From an uncultured Bacilli bacterium (GTDB lineage Bacteria; Bacillota_I; Bacilli_A; RFN20; CAG-449), in contig CANRPC010000007.1 in NCBI GenBank assembly GCA_947632435.1, positions 15,327 to 79,326 on the forward strand: DNA of 64,000 bases, read 5' to 3'. Position numbers and translations under genes: made by a program. The first letter of the stretch is position 1. Every line of letters begins with the position of its first letter. The notes under the pieces were generated by a model. It was not told the origin of the DNA, made no database searches, and was given only the letters and a program-made list of their open reading frames with translations. Positions 50,519 through 61,120 of this stretch are shown in pieces.

Positions 50519-50904
50519 GTGCATCAAGATATAGATTTATCTTAATCAAAGCATTTCGCTGCAAATATGATTTTGACTAGAGAAAATAAGAATATTATTA
50601 ATATTTAATCGATTTGACATAATTCTTTTTTATTCAACATGATAAATACATAACTTCGCATAATATACATTATGTAAACTAAATAATAAAAAAACCGATG
50701 TTTCCACAAATTATCAACACTATAAAATTGCTTTAAATATTGATAAATTAAAATTTTTATCAACTTTTCAACATTTCAAAAAATGTCGGTTATTACTTAT
50801 TAATTACTAAATTACTACTAAATAACTACTTTTTTGTAAAATTAAAAAAAACATCTTTTATAATTTTTAAATTTTAAATTTAATTATAAAAGACGTTATT
50901 GTTT

Positions 50905-52098
50905 TTAAAATAATTCTTTGATTACTTCACCGATTTGATTTTCTTTTTCTAAATTAAAGTTATAAATTATACTTCTTCCTAAATCCGCAAAGGAGTTACG
51001 CTCATCAATTTTTCTCCCCTGCTTAATTAATTTTGAATAAAATAATGCTGGAACTTTTTCACGGGTATGATCTGTTCCTTTATGGGTTGGATCATTTCCA
51101 TGATCCGCGGTGATAATTAATAAATCTTCTTCTTTCATTAATGAGATGAATCTTGCTAAGATTTTATCAAATTCTTCAATAGCTTTTCCATAGCCTATAG
51201 GATCTCTTCGATGACCATATTCGGAATCAAATTCTACAAGATTTACGAAAATTAATCCTTCATAATTTTCATTCAATTCATTAATTGTTTTTTCCATTCC
51301 ATCGATATTTGAAATAGTTTTTTGTGTTTTAACTACGCCTTGTGAATTGAAAATATCATTTATTTTTCCTATGCAAGATACCATATAATTATTATCTTTT
51401 AAAATATCCATATATGTTCTGCCACTTGGTGATAATGCATAATCATGACGATCAGAAGTGCGTTTAAAATTTTCTTTGCTTGTTCCTATATAAGGTCTTG
51501 CAATTACTCTTCCTACTTTCCATTCTTCTTTTAAGGTTAATTCTCGTGCTATTTCACAGCAATGATATAACTCTTTCAACTCCATTTTATCAACGTTCGC
51601 GGCAATTTGTAACACTGAATCAGCAGAGGTATACACAATAAGTGAATGAGTTGAAGATTGTTCTTCACCTAATTCTTTAATAATTTCTGTTCCTGAAGCT
51701 GCATAATTACCAAGAACTTTATACCCTGTTAATCTTTCTAATTCCTTAATCAACTCATCAGGAAAACCAGTTTCAGTAAATGTTTTAAATGGTTTAGTGG
51801 TGTAAATACCCATCATTTCAAAATGCCCTGTCATTGTATCTTTACCATTTGACATTTCTTTAAGCTTACAAACTAAACTATTTTTATGTTCTACTTTATT
51901 TGTTCCTAAAATTTTATTGTCAAGATCATAAAGACCTAAGGCGTTTAATGTCGGAATGTTTAAACCATTCATCTTTTGTGATATATGAACAAAAGTGTTC
52001 GTGTTTTTATCACCATAAATTTCTGCATCATCCATTTCTCCAATCCCTAGAGAATCCATTACTATTAAAAATATTCTTTTATATTTTTTATAAGACAT
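50905..52098 (-). CDS. deoB: Phosphopentomutase.
   Basis: IVMDSLGIGE N-terminus and ...TADHGNDPT... metal-site motif. Confidence 0.9.
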   Translation of the reverse strand: MSYKKYKRIFLIVMDSLGIGEMDDAEIYGDKNTNTFVHISQKMNGLNIPTLNALGLYDLDNKILGTNKVEHKNSLVCKLKEMSNGKDTMTGHFEMMGIYTTKPFKTFTETGFPDELIKELERLTGYKVLGNYAASGTEIIKELGEEQSSTHSLIVYTSADSVLQIAANVDKMELKELYHCCEIARELTLKEEWKVGRVIARPYIGTSKENFKRTSDRHDYALSPSGRTYMDILKDNNYMVSCIGKINDIFNSQGVVKTQKTISNIDGMEKTINELNENYEGLIFVNLVEFDSEYGHRRDPIGYGKAIEEFDKILARFISLMKEEDLLIITADHGNDPTHKGTDHTREKVPALFYSKLIKQGRKIDERNSFADLGRSIIYNFNLEKENQIGEVIKELF

Positions 52099-52154
52099 TT
52101 AATTTTCTCCTTTCTAAGTTTTAACTAATAAAATACTAAATATCTACTAAGTAA

Positions 52155-53033
52155 TTACTTTTTATTTAATTTATCATAAATTGAGGCAATACGCGTAGTT
52201 GATACATGAGTGTAAATTTCTGTTGTATTAATATTACTATGTCCAAGTAATTCTTGTACTAAACGTAAATCCGCGCCATTTTCAACTAGATGTGTAGCAA
52301 ATGAATGCCTTAATGTATGTGGTGTTATATTATCATAAATTTCAGCTTTTAAGGCATATTTTTTTACTTGTTTCCAAAAAAATTGTCTTGATAAAGGTTT
52401 TCCTTGTTTAGAAATAAAAAGATAAGGTGATTTTTTATATTCTATCTTGGAACGAAATTGTTCAATATATAATTTTAAATAGTCTAATGCATAATCACCA
52501 AAGGGGACAATGCGATCTTTACTTCCTTTTCCTTTTATTCTAATGATTTTTTCTTGAATATTTACATTTTTAATTTTTAAAGAGATTAATTCACTTACTC
52601 TTAATCCTGTCGCATACATTAATTCTAACATTGCTTTATCTCTTAATCCTTCTAATTTAGCAATATTTGGCGCATCTAGAAGCGCTTGAACTTCTTCGAT
52701 TGATAAAACTGTAGGCAGATGTTTTGAAAGCTTAGGAAGCTCGATTTTACTTGTCGCATCATGTATTAAGTTTTCACTTTGTAAAAAATGATAAAACGAT
52801 TTAACAGATGATATTTTCCGCGCTATAGTTGTATCTTTTTTTAATTCCTCTTTTAAAATAATAATAAAATGTTCAATATCTTCATTTGTTAAATGCTGTG
52901 CTAATTTAACACCATTAATTGATTTAAAAAAGGCATTAAGATCTTCAGAATAATCTTCAATAGTTTTTAACGATAATCCTTTTTCTACGGTTAAATACTG
53001 CAAAAATAGTTCTTTAGCATCATCTAATTCCAT
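52155..53033 (-). CDS. xerD: Tyrosine recombinase XerD/XerC family.
   Basis: C-terminal R..HSFATHL...GADLR..Q.LLGH......IYTH catalytic motifs. Synteny with deoB matches Bacillus ripX. Confidence 0.8.
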   Translation of the reverse strand: MELDDAKELFLQYLTVEKGLSLKTIEDYSEDLNAFFKSINGVKLAQHLTNEDIEHFIIILKEELKKDTTIARKISSVKSFYHFLQSENLIHDATSKIELPKLSKHLPTVLSIEEVQALLDAPNIAKLEGLRDKAMLELMYATGLRVSELISLKIKNVNIQEKIIRIKGKGSKDRIVPFGDYALDYLKLYIEQFRSKIEYKKSPYLFISKQGKPLSRQFFWKQVKKYALKAEIYDNITPHTLRHSFATHLVENGADLRLVQELLGHSNINTTEIYTHVSTTRIASIYDKLNKK

Positions 53034-53034
53034 T

Positions 53035-54213
53035 TTAATTAGTATTCCTTTCCAAATCTTTTAATGTCATAAATATTTTTTTATCGGCTTTACGATTTAA
53101 TTCATTAATTAAAAGTTTAGTTTTACATTTATTATTTACATTTTCAATATTAAAAAAATTAAGTTGTTCATAATAATTATTTTTACTTACAAAATTAGAT
53201 AGACCAACTCCAATAAGTCGTACTTCTTTTCCATTCCAATTTTGTTCAAATAATGTAATTAATTGCTCTAAAATTTCATTTTCACTTTCTAATGGTTTTA
53301 AAACAGTTTTACTTCTATTTATCGTTTTAAAATTAAAATATCTTATGGTTAAATGCATAGTTAAGGTAAGTAAATTTTTCTTATTAAGTTGATTTACAAT
53401 ATCTTTAACTTGATATTTAATAGAATTTAAAATTTCTTCATATGTTGCAGTATCATAAGCAAAAGTAGATGAAGAAGAAATCGATTTGGCTTCTGGTTTT
53501 ATATATTCTATTTCGCTGCTACTTTTGCCTTCTAAACATAAGATTAATTCATCATAATATTTACCTAAAATAGATCTTAATATATTTTCATCATAATTAT
53601 AAAAATCACCAATGGTTTTAACATCAAGTTTTAATAATTTAATTTGAGTTTTCTTTCCTACGCCATATAAATCTTTAATGGGCAAAGGAAATAATATTTT
53701 TTTAATATCGTGATTATGAATTATTGTTATTCCCATAGGTTTATGCATATCAGAAGCCATTTTGGCAATGAATTTTGTCGTTCCTATACCAATTGAGCAA
53801 CCAAGTCCAGTTTCATTCTTTAATTTCAATTGTAAATTTTTTAAATATAAATATGGATTTTCTTCTTTGATTAAAATTGATGTTACATCTAAATATGCTT
53901 CATCAATTGATGCCATTTCAATATAAGGAGATATAGTATTAGTTAAGATTGAAAAAAAATTATCAGACATTTTTTTGTAATACGAATAATCACCATTTAA
54001 TATTATAAGCGAAGGACATAATTTCATTGCTTGATAAATTGGCATCGCGGAATGAATTCCTTTTTTTCTTGCTTCATAAGATGCAGTAGAAATTACTCCT
54101 CTTTTAAAATCTCCACCTACTGCGATTGGTTTATTTTTTAATTCAGGGTGTCTTAATAATTCACAAGAAACAAAAAAAGCATTTAAATCTATATGCATAA
54201 TTATTCTTGCCAT
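53035..54213 (-). CDS. dinB: DNA polymerase IV.
   Basis: N-terminal IMHIDLNAFFVS. The start is revised to MARII, which has a GGGTGA RBS. Confidence 0.85.
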   Translation of the reverse strand: MARIIMHIDLNAFFVSCELLRHPELKNKPIAVGGDFKRGVISTASYEARKKGIHSAMPIYQAMKLCPSLIILNGDYSYYKKMSDNFFSILTNTISPYIEMASIDEAYLDVTSILIKEENPYLYLKNLQLKLKNETGLGCSIGIGTTKFIAKMASDMHKPMGITIIHNHDIKKILFPLPIKDLYGVGKKTQIKLLKLDVKTIGDFYNYDENILRSILGKYYDELILCLEGKSSSEIEYIKPEAKSISSSSTFAYDTATYEEILNSIKYQVKDIVNQLNKKNLLTLTMHLTIRYFNFKTINRSKTVLKPLESENEILEQLITLFEQNWNGKEVRLIGVGLSNFVSKNNYYEQLNFFNIENVNNKCKTKLLINELNRKADKKIFMTLKDLERNTN

Positions 54214-54294
54214 TTTCATCACCCAAAATTATTTTATCAAACTTATAAAAAAATAGCAAAAAAACTAAGAAGATACTTCCTCTTAGTTTTTTTA

Positions 54295-55272
54295 TTAAAG
54301 ATTATTTAAGGCGTAATTATACATTGCTTCCATATATATTCCATATCCTGCTGTTTTATCATTTGAAAGAACATGAGTTACCGCGCCTACAAGTTTATTA
54401 TTCTGAATAATTGGTGAACCTGACATACCATAATATATTCCTCCACCTAATGAGAGTAATCTTTCATCAGTTATCTTAAAAGAAATTCCTTTTTCATCAA
54501 TTGTATCTTGCTTTTTTAAATTTGTAATTTTTATAGAATATTCTTCAACTTTATTTCCTTTAGTGACGGTATATATTTTAGCATTACCGATTTTTACATC
54601 TTTACTTTTGGCCATTTCTATAGGAACATATGTCGAAGGTATTTCATCAATTGAACCAAAGATACCAAATTCAGAATTTATTTTTATATCGCCTAATTTA
54701 TTCTCTAATTCAGTATCAGAGATTTTCTCTCCAACATCGTCACCATTATTTTTAATTCCTATAACATTAGATTCATAAATTGAACCTGATTTTATATCGA
54801 CAATTGAATCGCTATCAGTGTCATATATTTCGTGTCCTAATGCTCCATAAATATGCTTTTCTGGATCGTAGAAACTAACAGTTCCAATTCCTAAAATTCT
54901 TTCTTTAACATATAAACCTGTTTTAATTTTATCATCAACTTTAATAAGTCTTAAGCTTTTATGATAATAACGATTTTTACGTTTAATAGTTAAATCAACT
55001 TTACCTTTATCAATATATTTATTAAATACATTGATAAATGAAGTTAAGGAATCAACTTTGTAATTTTCAATGGCTTTGATGATATCGCCTTTATTAATAT
55101 CAGAATGCTTGCTAGGATTATAAATATCATTACCTATTTTGACGTCGTAAGTTGATGTGACAATTAAACCATCAGGGCGTACTTCAAAAGCAATATTTTC
55201 CCCACCAGGAACTAAAAATACATTGCTGGCAAATAAAGATATTCCAATACCTAAACCTGTTAAGAGATTCAT
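54295..55272 (-). CDS. SpoIVB-like S55 peptidase with a PDZ domain.
   Basis: N-terminal TM then VPGGENI..., PDZ-like INKGDIIKAIEN, and a Ser-protease-like C-terminus. It lies adjacent to recN, as spoIVB does in Bacillus. Confidence 0.6.
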   Translation of the reverse strand: MNLLTGLGIGISLFASNVFLVPGGENIAFEVRPDGLIVTSTYDVKIGNDIYNPSKHSDINKGDIIKAIENYKVDSLTSFINVFNKYIDKGKVDLTIKRKNRYYHKSLRLIKVDDKIKTGLYVKERILGIGTVSFYDPEKHIYGALGHEIYDTDSDSIVDIKSGSIYESNVIGIKNNGDDVGEKISDTELENKLGDIKINSEFGIFGSIDEIPSTYVPIEMAKSKDVKIGNAKIYTVTKGNKVEEYSIKITNLKKQDTIDEKGISFKITDERLLSLGGGIYYGMSGSPIIQNNKLVGAVTHVLSNDKTAGYGIYMEAMYNYALNNL

Positions 55273-55320
55273 ATAAAACTCCTTTCCAAGCTTAGTATGA
55301 CATTCTTCGACAATTTTATA

Positions 55321-56973
55321 CTAAGATTTTAACCAAGAATTAACTAAGGATAATGAAGCTTCATCAATCTTCCCATTATTAATCATCTTAGCAATTTCTT
55401 CATATCCTTTTTCTTTTGTTAAATTTATAACATGAGAAATGGTTGTTTCATTTTTAACTTCTTTTTTAACTAAATAAAAATGGTCTCCTTTTGAAGCGAC
55501 TTGCCCTAAATGTGAAATAACAAGAACTTGTGTGAGTGAAGCAATTTCTTTGATTTTATTTGCTAAAGCTAAGGCGGCTTTACCTGATAAACCGATATCT
55601 ATTTCATCAAATATCATTGTTTCAACTTCTAATTGTTTAAAAAATACTTTTTTAAAGGCCAGAAGTAATCTTGATGATTCACCAAGAGAAATTGAATCTT
55701 TTAAAGCTAAAGCTTCCATTCCTTTATTTGCACTTAGTAAAAATCTTATATCACTTGTTCCATTTTTATTGAAATTTGTTTTATAAAAAGAAATTTTAAA
55801 ATGAGCATTTGAAAAAAGTAAATCACTTAATTCTTTATCGATGATTTTTGCTAATTCCAAAGCGTATTTTTTTCTTATTGAAGTTAAAATTTCTCCATCA
55901 TTTTCTAAAGGAATCAATAATTTTTCTCTTTCTTTTTTTAATTTCTCCAAAGTAAAACTTGCATTTTCAAATATATCAAGTGTATTTTTAATTTCATTTT
56001 TATACTCGAGCATTTCTTTAGTTGAAGAACCATATTTTCTTTTTAAGGAACGAAGATAAAATAGTCTATCTTTAATGGCATCAAGATTTTGACTATCTTG
56101 TAATAATTTTTCAAACTTATTTTTTATTTCACTTTGTGCTTCATCTAAAAGATAATATGCATCAACATATTTTTCTTTAAGTGAACTTATAGAATCATCG
56201 TTAATTGAATCTAATTCTCTTTTTGCTTGAAAAATAGAATTTATACCTTCATCAGAATTAGTTAAAAACCTTTCAACTTTATTCATTAATAAAGATAAAG
56301 AACTTAAGGAAGCATATTGACTTTCTAATTCTTCAAGCTCATTTTCTTTAAGATCTGCTTTTTCAAGTTCATCGAGTTGAAATAATAAATAATCTTTATC
56401 AATATTTTCTTTTAAAATTGTTTCATATTTATTTATTTCTTTTTCAAGTGTGATGATGTTTTGATATGATTTATTATAATTTAAATAATATTTTTCATCA
56501 TTTTTGTAATTTTTATGTTGTCTTATAAAAGAATCTAATATTTCAATTTGTTTTTTTTCATCATAAAAAAATAGTTCTTCTTTTGGATAATGGCGATCAA
56601 TTAAATAATAGGCAATATTTTTAATGACACTTAAAGGAACAATATGAGAATTAATTCGCTGCGTTGATTTTCCTTTAATATCTAAACTTCTTGATATTAT
56701 AAGAACATTATCTTCTAAATAATCTCCATATATATCTTCAAGTTTTTTAATAGTATTTTCATTTAAAATAAATTCGCCTTCAATAAATGCTTTATTTTGT
56801 CCATTTCTAATTTTTTCAAAATCAGATTTTCCACCAAGCAATAAATTAATCGCGTCCATTAAAATTGATTTTCCAGCGCCAGTTTCTCCAATAATTACAT
56901 TCATATTATCTTGAAATGCGCAATCGAGATCATCAATTAAAGCAAAATGTTCAACATGTAAATGTCTAAGCAT
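55321..56973 (-). CDS. recN: DNA repair protein RecN.
   Basis: N-terminal Walker A GETGAGKS, coiled coil, and a C-terminal signature/Walker B region. Confidence 0.9.
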   Translation of the reverse strand: MLRHLHVEHFALIDDLDCAFQDNMNVIIGETGAGKSILMDAINLLLGGKSDFEKIRNGQNKAFIEGEFILNENTIKKLEDIYGDYLEDNVLIISRSLDIKGKSTQRINSHIVPLSVIKNIAYYLIDRHYPKEELFFYDEKKQIEILDSFIRQHKNYKNDEKYYLNYNKSYQNIITLEKEINKYETILKENIDKDYLLFQLDELEKADLKENELEELESQYASLSSLSLLMNKVERFLTNSDEGINSIFQAKRELDSINDDSISSLKEKYVDAYYLLDEAQSEIKNKFEKLLQDSQNLDAIKDRLFYLRSLKRKYGSSTKEMLEYKNEIKNTLDIFENASFTLEKLKKEREKLLIPLENDGEILTSIRKKYALELAKIIDKELSDLLFSNAHFKISFYKTNFNKNGTSDIRFLLSANKGMEALALKDSISLGESSRLLLAFKKVFFKQLEVETMIFDEIDIGLSGKAALALANKIKEIASLTQVLVISHLGQVASKGDHFYLVKKEVKNETTISHVINLTKEKGYEEIAKMINNGKIDEASLSLVNSWLKS

Positions 56974-56975
56974 AT

Positions 56976-57203
56976 TTATTCGTTTTTATCCTTTTCAGGT
57001 TCATAAACCTTTTTTTCATTTTCTTCAACAATAAAAGCAACTTTGTTCGCGGCTTCTTCAAGTTCTTTATTTAATGAAGCAGCTAAAACTTTTGCTTTTT
57101 CATATAGTTCAATACTTTCTTTTAAACCTTTTTTTTCATTTTCTAAAGTATTAGTAATTTCCTCTAATTGTTTTAATTTTTCTTCAAATGTCATTTCTTT
57201 CAT
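56976..57203 (-). CDS. xseB: Exodeoxyribonuclease VII small subunit.
   Basis: 75 aa with FEEKLKQLEEI...LE N-terminus. Confidence 0.8.
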   Translation of the reverse strand: MKEMTFEEKLKQLEEITNTLENEKKGLKESIELYEKAKVLAASLNKELEEAANKVAFIVEENEKKVYEPEKDKNE

Positions 57204-58467
57204 TTTTTTTCTCCTTCAATATAATTTTGGCACTTATTAATCCATCTTTTAAATGTAAATTAATTATTTCTCCAACATTAACTTCATCAATAGAACTGAT
57301 AATTTTATCTTCTTTATTAGATAAAAAACTATATCCTTTATCAAGTAATTTTAAGGGTGATAAAACATTAATTTTATTAATTAATTTTTGATAATGGAAT
57401 AATTTATCTTTATAACATTGGCTTAATGAAACTTTTAAATTTTTTTCTAAAATAGCAAGATATTGTTTTCTATCTTTAATAATACTATTCAAAGAAAATG
57501 TACATTTTTGAAAATTTGTTTCTATTAATTGTAATAAATATTCTTTTCTTTTTAAGACATTATTATTTTCAATTATTCTTGTCATGGAAATAAGTTTTAT
57601 TGAATAATTATCAATTTTATGGAGCAATATATTTTTAATTTTTTCCATATTTTGTTTTATTGCTTGCTGATATTCTTCTTTTGTTAATATTACTTCATTT
57701 CCTGCATCAGTAGGTGTTATACAACTTTTGGAAGAAACTTTATCAATTAATGATGAATCAATTGAATGACCAACAGCACTAATTGTAAAGACATTACATG
57801 TTGCAAAAGCTTTTACTAATTCTTCATCATTAAAAACATATAAATCATCTTTAGATCCTCCTCCACGAGTTAAAATAATAACATCAGGATTATAAGTTAA
57901 TGATTTTTGCAAAGCATTGATAATCGTTTCATTAGCTTTTTCTCCTTGTACAGAGCAAGGAAATATATAAATTTCAGTACGACATTTTTTTTGGATCGTC
58001 GATACAACATCACAAATAGCCGCGCCTTTTAAAGATGTTAATATGGCAATGCGCTTAGGAAAATATGGCTTTGGCTTTTTTTCAAGTGAAAAATAACCTT
58101 CATTATTTAATTTTACCTCAAGTAATTTAAGTTCATAAAGATATTTACCAATTCCACTTTGTTCAATCTTTTTAACATTTAATGAATATGTTCCACCTTT
58201 TTCATAAACATTAATGGAACCATGACAAATAACTTCATCACCATCTTTTAATTCTTGATAAGCAAATTTTGTATAACTTGAAAACATAATACATGATAAT
58301 ATTGCTCCGTTTTTATCACGCAGCTTAAAATAATAATGTCCTGTATAATGTTTATTTAACGAGGTAATTTCTCCTTGAACTAAGATTGAAGAAAAAATAA
58401 AATCTCCTTCAATAATTGTTTTTATTTCTTCATTTAATCTTGATACAGTAAATATTTCTGTTTCCAT
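57184..58467 (-). CDS. xseA: Exodeoxyribonuclease VII large subunit.
   Basis: N-terminal OB-fold (VQGEI....H.....YF.L.D) and a catalytic domain; 427 aa. Confidence 0.85.
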   Translation of the reverse strand: METEIFTVSRLNEEIKTIIEGDFIFSSILVQGEITSLNKHYTGHYYFKLRDKNGAILSCIMFSSYTKFAYQELKDGDEVICHGSINVYEKGGTYSLNVKKIEQSGIGKYLYELKLLEVKLNNEGYFSLEKKPKPYFPKRIAILTSLKGAAICDVVSTIQKKCRTEIYIFPCSVQGEKANETIINALQKSLTYNPDVIILTRGGGSKDDLYVFNDEELVKAFATCNVFTISAVGHSIDSSLIDKVSSKSCITPTDAGNEVILTKEEYQQAIKQNMEKIKNILLHKIDNYSIKLISMTRIIENNNVLKRKEYLLQLIETNFQKCTFSLNSIIKDRKQYLAILEKNLKVSLSQCYKDKLFHYQKLINKINVLSPLKLLDKGYSFLSNKEDKIISSIDEVNVGEIINLHLKDGLISAKIILKEKKNERNDI

Positions 58468-58469
58468 AT

Positions 58470-58877
58470 TTAAATAACTTTATCAAGCAAAGCATTTACA
58501 AAACGATAATCTTTATCAGAGCCATATTTTTTTGCTAAATCAACACAAACATCAATAATAGCAGCTTTAAATAGACCATCTGCTTCAACATATTTTGCTT
58601 CAGTTATACCTAATAAAAGAATAGCAATTATTACCATATTCATTCTATTAAGTTTCCATGTTGTTAAATTAACTTCGATTAATTTTAAAGAAGATTCAAG
58701 ATTTATAAATGTTTTAATAACCGTTTCTTTAATAAATAAAGATACATCATCATAATTATTTTCTGAAATTTCTTCAATAAGTGATTTAATATCTTTTTCT
58801 ATATGATAGACAAGATTAAAATAATGATTATAAATAATTTTCATTATTAATTCTTGTTCTTGATTTCTACTTAACAT
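58470..58877 (-). CDS. nusB: Transcription antitermination factor NusB.
   Basis: 135 aa, position upstream of xseA. Confidence 0.8.
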   Translation of the reverse strand: MLSRNQEQELIMKIIYNHYFNLVYHIEKDIKSLIEEISENNYDDVSLFIKETVIKTFINLESSLKLIEVNLTTWKLNRMNMVIIAILLLGITEAKYVEADGLFKAAIIDVCVDLAKKYGSDKDYRFVNALLDKVI

Positions 58878-58934
58878 TTTTTTACCTCATGCCAAATTAT
58901 TGTAGCATAATTAAATTTTCATTCCTATAAATTT

Positions 58935-59456
58935 TTATTTCTTGTTGTTATTTTTATTAAAAGCAGATGCTTTAACAATGTTATTATAAAATATTAATAA
59001 ATAAATTAAATATCCTATTACCACAAAATGGACCGCATAAGGAGTTAAAATATTGTATATCGATGATTTTTCATTTAATAAATATAGATTTCTTGGAATA
59101 AAAAACATAATTAAAGTGTCGATGCAATATATAATAAAGGTAATAACTAATGGCTTAAGTTTTCCTTTTCTAACATTAAAAGCCAAAATTAAAAAAACAA
59201 TATCAAATATTAAAGAAAAAATAAATGATAGCAAATACTTTGTAAAAATATTTAAATTTGTTTTAAAAATAAGACCATGAATTAATATATTAGAGGCAAA
59301 ACCTAATGTATAAGTTAAATCATTTTTAAATAAAATAATAATAAAAGAAATAAGATTTAAAATACTTATCCAAAAGATAACACTTGTTTTTTGAGTGTAT
59401 TTTTTAACCTTATCTCTTATTTCACTTCTTGACATTTTATTTGAGATTTTCATCAA
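58935..59456 (-). CDS. Polytopic membrane protein partnered with Asp23.
   Basis: About 5 TM helices and a 20-nt overlap with the asp23-like gene. Confidence 0.45.
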   Translation of the reverse strand: MMKISNKMSRSEIRDKVKKYTQKTSVIFWISILNLISFIIILFKNDLTYTLGFASNILIHGLIFKTNLNIFTKYLLSFIFSLIFDIVFLILAFNVRKGKLKPLVITFIIYCIDTLIMFFIPRNLYLLNEKSSIYNILTPYAVHFVVIGYLIYLLIFYNNIVKASAFNKNNNKK

Positions 59457-59784
59457 TACCCGCTATTTTTATTACAGGTGTAAAAGGAACAAGTTCTGTC
59501 ATATCGGATATTGCTGTGACAACTTCTTCTTGTATTGTTTTAATTATTTTATCGACATCAATACCTTTTTTTACTTTAATTTCAATATATGATGTAACTT
59601 TACCATTTTTAATTTCACAATGTACAGGTTTGTGAAAAGAAAAAAGTGATTTTTTGGTGGCCTTAGTTAAACTCACACCTTGAATTTTATTTGTAACAAT
59701 GGTTATTATTTCATCAAATACATCATGTGAAATAGCTAATTTTCCACGATTTGCATAATTATTAATGTAAAAATATTCCGCCAT
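59437..59784 (-). CDS. Asp23/Gls24-family alkaline shock protein (YqhY-like).
   Basis: GKLAISHDVFDEIITIV...GV Asp23 signature. Its position upstream of nusB matches B. subtilis yqhY. Confidence 0.75.
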   Translation of the reverse strand: MAEYFYINNYANRGKLAISHDVFDEIITIVTNKIQGVSLTKATKKSLFSFHKPVHCEIKNGKVTSYIEIKVKKGIDVDKIIKTIQEEVVTAISDMTELVPFTPVIKIAGIDENLK

Positions 59785-59803
59785 AATAAATACCTCTTTT
59801 AAC

Positions 59804-60832
59804 TTAAATAGCTGCTTTTAAATCTTGTTGGTTATTTTCTTTAATATAAAGAGTGGATTGATTATCAAAAACTAATTCAACATCATCTTTATGATTTAAA
59901 GTATCTAAATTATATTTGTTTTTCTTAACTTCTTTAAAGCATCTTATATAATGACCTGAGTGAATAGATACATGTTTATGTAAATATTGCACATAGATAA
60001 TATTATCATTTTTAGCAAAATTAATTAAAAATTTAAGCATTTGTTTTGGTAAAAGATTATCATAAAATTTACCATTTATATAAGTTTCATTATCTTTATA
60101 AAGTATTTTGAAATTATCATGTAAATTCAAAATTATTCCACCTTCACCAAAGGTTAATTTACCATTTAAATATTCATTTTCATTATAATTTTTATATGTT
60201 TTCATTAAGTTAAAATATGTAGAAATGCGATTAGCAATTTCTTGATATTGTTTTTTATTTATTGATCCATCTTTTTTTAAATAATTTTTAACTAATTTCC
60301 AAGAAATTTTATATACTTTCTTCTCTTTAATATGATCAAGTATTTTAATTGAATCCTCAAAATAAGATTTATCGTTTAAATCATCATACATAAAAGGATT
60401 GAATTCTTTAAGAGCTAAATTAACTAATTTATATTTCATTTCATAAGAAATATGACGCTTTTTTAAACGCTTACTTTTAACAATAAATGGTTCACAAGAC
60501 ATTACAACTTGCTTATCCTCTAAATTATGTTTAGCATAAATAGATGTTTTATTAATTTTAAAAGTGGTGTCATTGATAATATTTTGATAATTTTCTTCAA
60601 AATTTCCAAAACATAAATAAGAACAATTAGAATAATTTATTGATTTATTTTGTTCATCATAAAATGTTTCGACATCAAGCATTTTTTTATGGTTAATTCC
60701 TTGCTCTTTAAGAAAATTAAAAACATCTAAATATAATTTAGGCATTTTTTTCTGAATTAACTTACATTCGTCGCATTTACAATTAATTAAATTCTTATAA
60801 TATTTCTTATTTAATTCAGAATCTATTTCCAT
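59804..60832 (-). CDS. Hypothetical protein with an N-terminal C-x-C-x2-C cluster.
   Basis: 342 aa starting ...NCKCDECK.... No recognisable family. It lies 20 nt upstream of asp23 on the same strand. Confidence 0.4.
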   Translation of the reverse strand: MEIDSELNKKYYKNLINCKCDECKLIQKKMPKLYLDVFNFLKEQGINHKKMLDVETFYDEQNKSINYSNCSYLCFGNFEENYQNIINDTTFKINKTSIYAKHNLEDKQVVMSCEPFIVKSKRLKKRHISYEMKYKLVNLALKEFNPFMYDDLNDKSYFEDSIKILDHIKEKKVYKISWKLVKNYLKKDGSINKKQYQEIANRISTYFNLMKTYKNYNENEYLNGKLTFGEGGIILNLHDNFKILYKDNETYINGKFYDNLLPKQMLKFLINFAKNDNIIYVQYLHKHVSIHSGHYIRCFKEVKKNKYNLDTLNHKDDVELVFDNQSTLYIKENNQQDLKAAI

Positions 60833-61120
60833 AATTAAAACCTTGCCCTTTTCATTTATTATTTTATCTTAATTTTTACAAATAAAAAAGTATTTTTAAT
60901 TAATGAATATGCATTTATGATGATTTTTTTATAGAAATTTAAAAGAAACCATCAAAATGACAGTTTCTTTTAAAGAAAGGAGGTGATAAACAAGTAAAAC
61001 AATTTTAAAAAAAACTGCTTTTTTTCTAATTAAGTTCTCAGATTAATCTCTAATTACATTTATATTTTAATAAATTTTACTTTAAGAAAAAAGAGTTTTT
61101 TTATAAATAATTAAAAAAAT

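Noticed and set aside
50511-50904. Possible ncRNA or regulatory element in the roughly 400-bp spacer between mtnN and deoB.
   Set aside because: Only AT-rich sequence with weak imperfect hairpins was seen, with no convincing conserved motif. Convergent gene ends explain the spacer.
55532-56059. Several 60-85-aa ORFs antisense to recN (also 57043..57391 antisense to xseA/xseB, 59053..59635 antisense to asp23 and the membrane gene, 44447..44703 antisense to the 142-aa gene).
   Set aside because: They are low-complexity F/S/L-rich translations of the complementary strand of real genes.
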